From Octopus sinensis (Eukaryota): a DNA stretch of 64,000 nucleotides. Below, piece by piece: positions 62,539 through 64,000 of the stretch. The stretch covers positions 87,358,001 to 87,422,000 of the forward strand of contig NC_043004.1 of NCBI RefSeq assembly GCF_006345805.1, written 5' to 3'. The notes beneath the pieces were generated by a model. The model saw only the letters and a program-made list of their open reading frames with translations, searched no databases and was not told the origin of the DNA. Positions within the stretch are counted from its first letter, which is position 1. Every line of letters starts with the position of its first letter. A program made the position numbers and the translations under genes.

Positions 62539-63835
62539 AGTATTAAATAACTTTGTCGAAAGTTTTAGCTGTTATGTCCAAATCAAAAAAATCTACTGTT
62601 TTGATAATAGGTTTAACTAATATAAATGGAAGTGTATATTTTGATTCTGATATTAGAAACTGAAAAACAAACAAGTCAGTAATGAAGATCTTCTGAAGGT
62701 TTTTAATTTTGTATTCCTGGGAATATGAGGCTGATAAATATATATCTCCATTTATAAAAAAAACAAAAGATCTTGAGTAAGTTGAGAAAGAAAATATTTT
62801 GAAAGATCAATCATAAATATCAGGCAGTGACAACGGAAAACACACTTGCCTTTTGTACGTGCCACTATTTGAGCGATTAAAAATAAGGGAGAAAGAGGAT
62901 TTCTTGGTTAAATTTAGTACTTATTTTGGGAATTTTTCAATGATTGACCATGCAAACGAAAGCTCTAAACACAGGCTACATGCAGCTGTAAATTTCTTTT
63001 AGAAAAAATGAAAACTGCAAACAATAAAAAATAAAAGGCAAAAATACATAAAAATGAGAAACTGCCCCTTAAACCGTTCCCATCGAGACGAATAACCAAG
63101 AAATCAAACAACTTTTTCGCATTTCAGCTTTATAGATATTGATTACTGTCATTAATATGTAGGGGTTGATGACGATAATATATTAAGATTAGCGGGAATA
63201 TTTAAACTTTTGCAGCTGTCAACGCTTTCTCTCTATAGATACAGACAGATGTACAGTGAGAGAGGTGGTGGGAGAAAGAGTAACAGACGAAGCTGTCAAA
63301 CATTGTTATAGAGAGAAATGGAGGGAAGGAAGGAAAGAAAGAGAGATGGAGGAAGACAGGGTGATATGCGAAAGAGAGAAACGACAAACACTTGTCAAAG
63401 TGTGGGTTTTGTTGCCCTAGTAACCACAGCTTTTGAGATAGGGGCTTCTAACCTAGTCCACTCATTTACTTGTCTCTTTTTACATGTCCCTGTAAATTTT
63501 GGAGCCAATCTGACCCCATCTACTGGCCCTTAAACTGTTCCAATCCCAAAATGAGACAAACAAATATTTCGTATTTCAGCTTTATAGATATTGATATTTG
63601 CATAATCTTAGCAAATCTTGGTATTTATTCGTCAAGCAGGTTGACTAAACAGGTTATTAAACCAAGCTTTTATTAGTGTTGTTGCTGTGGTTAGCCCCTG
63701 TCAGCCCTGATAGAGTAAGCCTATGATCAAAGATGTTCCATCCATAACTGCCCTATCTTTTTATATATTCAGGACTACATTGTCTTGTGTGTTCATTCTT
63801 TGTTTATTAGTTTTGTTCTTTTCATTCTATTGCAG

Positions 63836-63873
63836 GCTGCTAACCTTATGTCAAATCCTCAAATGCAGTCCAT
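63836..63873 (+). CDS. SGTA: SGT-like coding exon 8 (gene continues beyond the window)
   Basis: AANLMSNPQMQS(M), similar to the SGTA motif ASNLMNNPQ. Acceptor ttctattgcag, donor gtaagt. Confidence 0.9.
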
Positions 63874-64000
63874 GTAAGTTCTTTTATTGTTTAGATTTAC
63901 AACAAAACTACTTTTTTGTAACAAAAATTAAATACACCCATTTTTAGATTAATACTAACTTGCCTGCACTTGCCTCTGGTTTTTATGATATAAAATTGCT

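Overview
This is eukaryotic, AT-rich, repeat-dense genomic DNA. The SINE families and gene style suggest a coleoid cephalopod such as Octopus, which is an inference. It holds two divergently transcribed multi-exon genes, both reconstructed by hand with consistent GT-AG splice phases. On the minus strand is an SREK1/SRSF11(Srp54)-family SR splicing factor with two RRMs and an RS domain: ATG at 32088, 7 firm exons down to 5765, 3' end unresolved. On the plus strand is an SGTA/SGTB-family TPR co-chaperone: ATG at 41612, 8 coding exons to 63873, continuing past the window. Introns contain a decayed mariner, piggyBac-derived elements, hAT/Tc1 MITEs, probable Helitrons, RTE LINE remnants and several SINE families. 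The most notable candidates are: an in-frame 27-nt microexon in the RRM1 beta2-beta3 loop; several premature-stop (poison) exon candidates in the SR gene; a near-perfect 35-bp intronic hairpin; an exact ETS-CRE 16-mer at the SR-gene promoter; and a CTCF-type motif upstream of SGT. There are no prokaryotic systems or CRISPR arrays.
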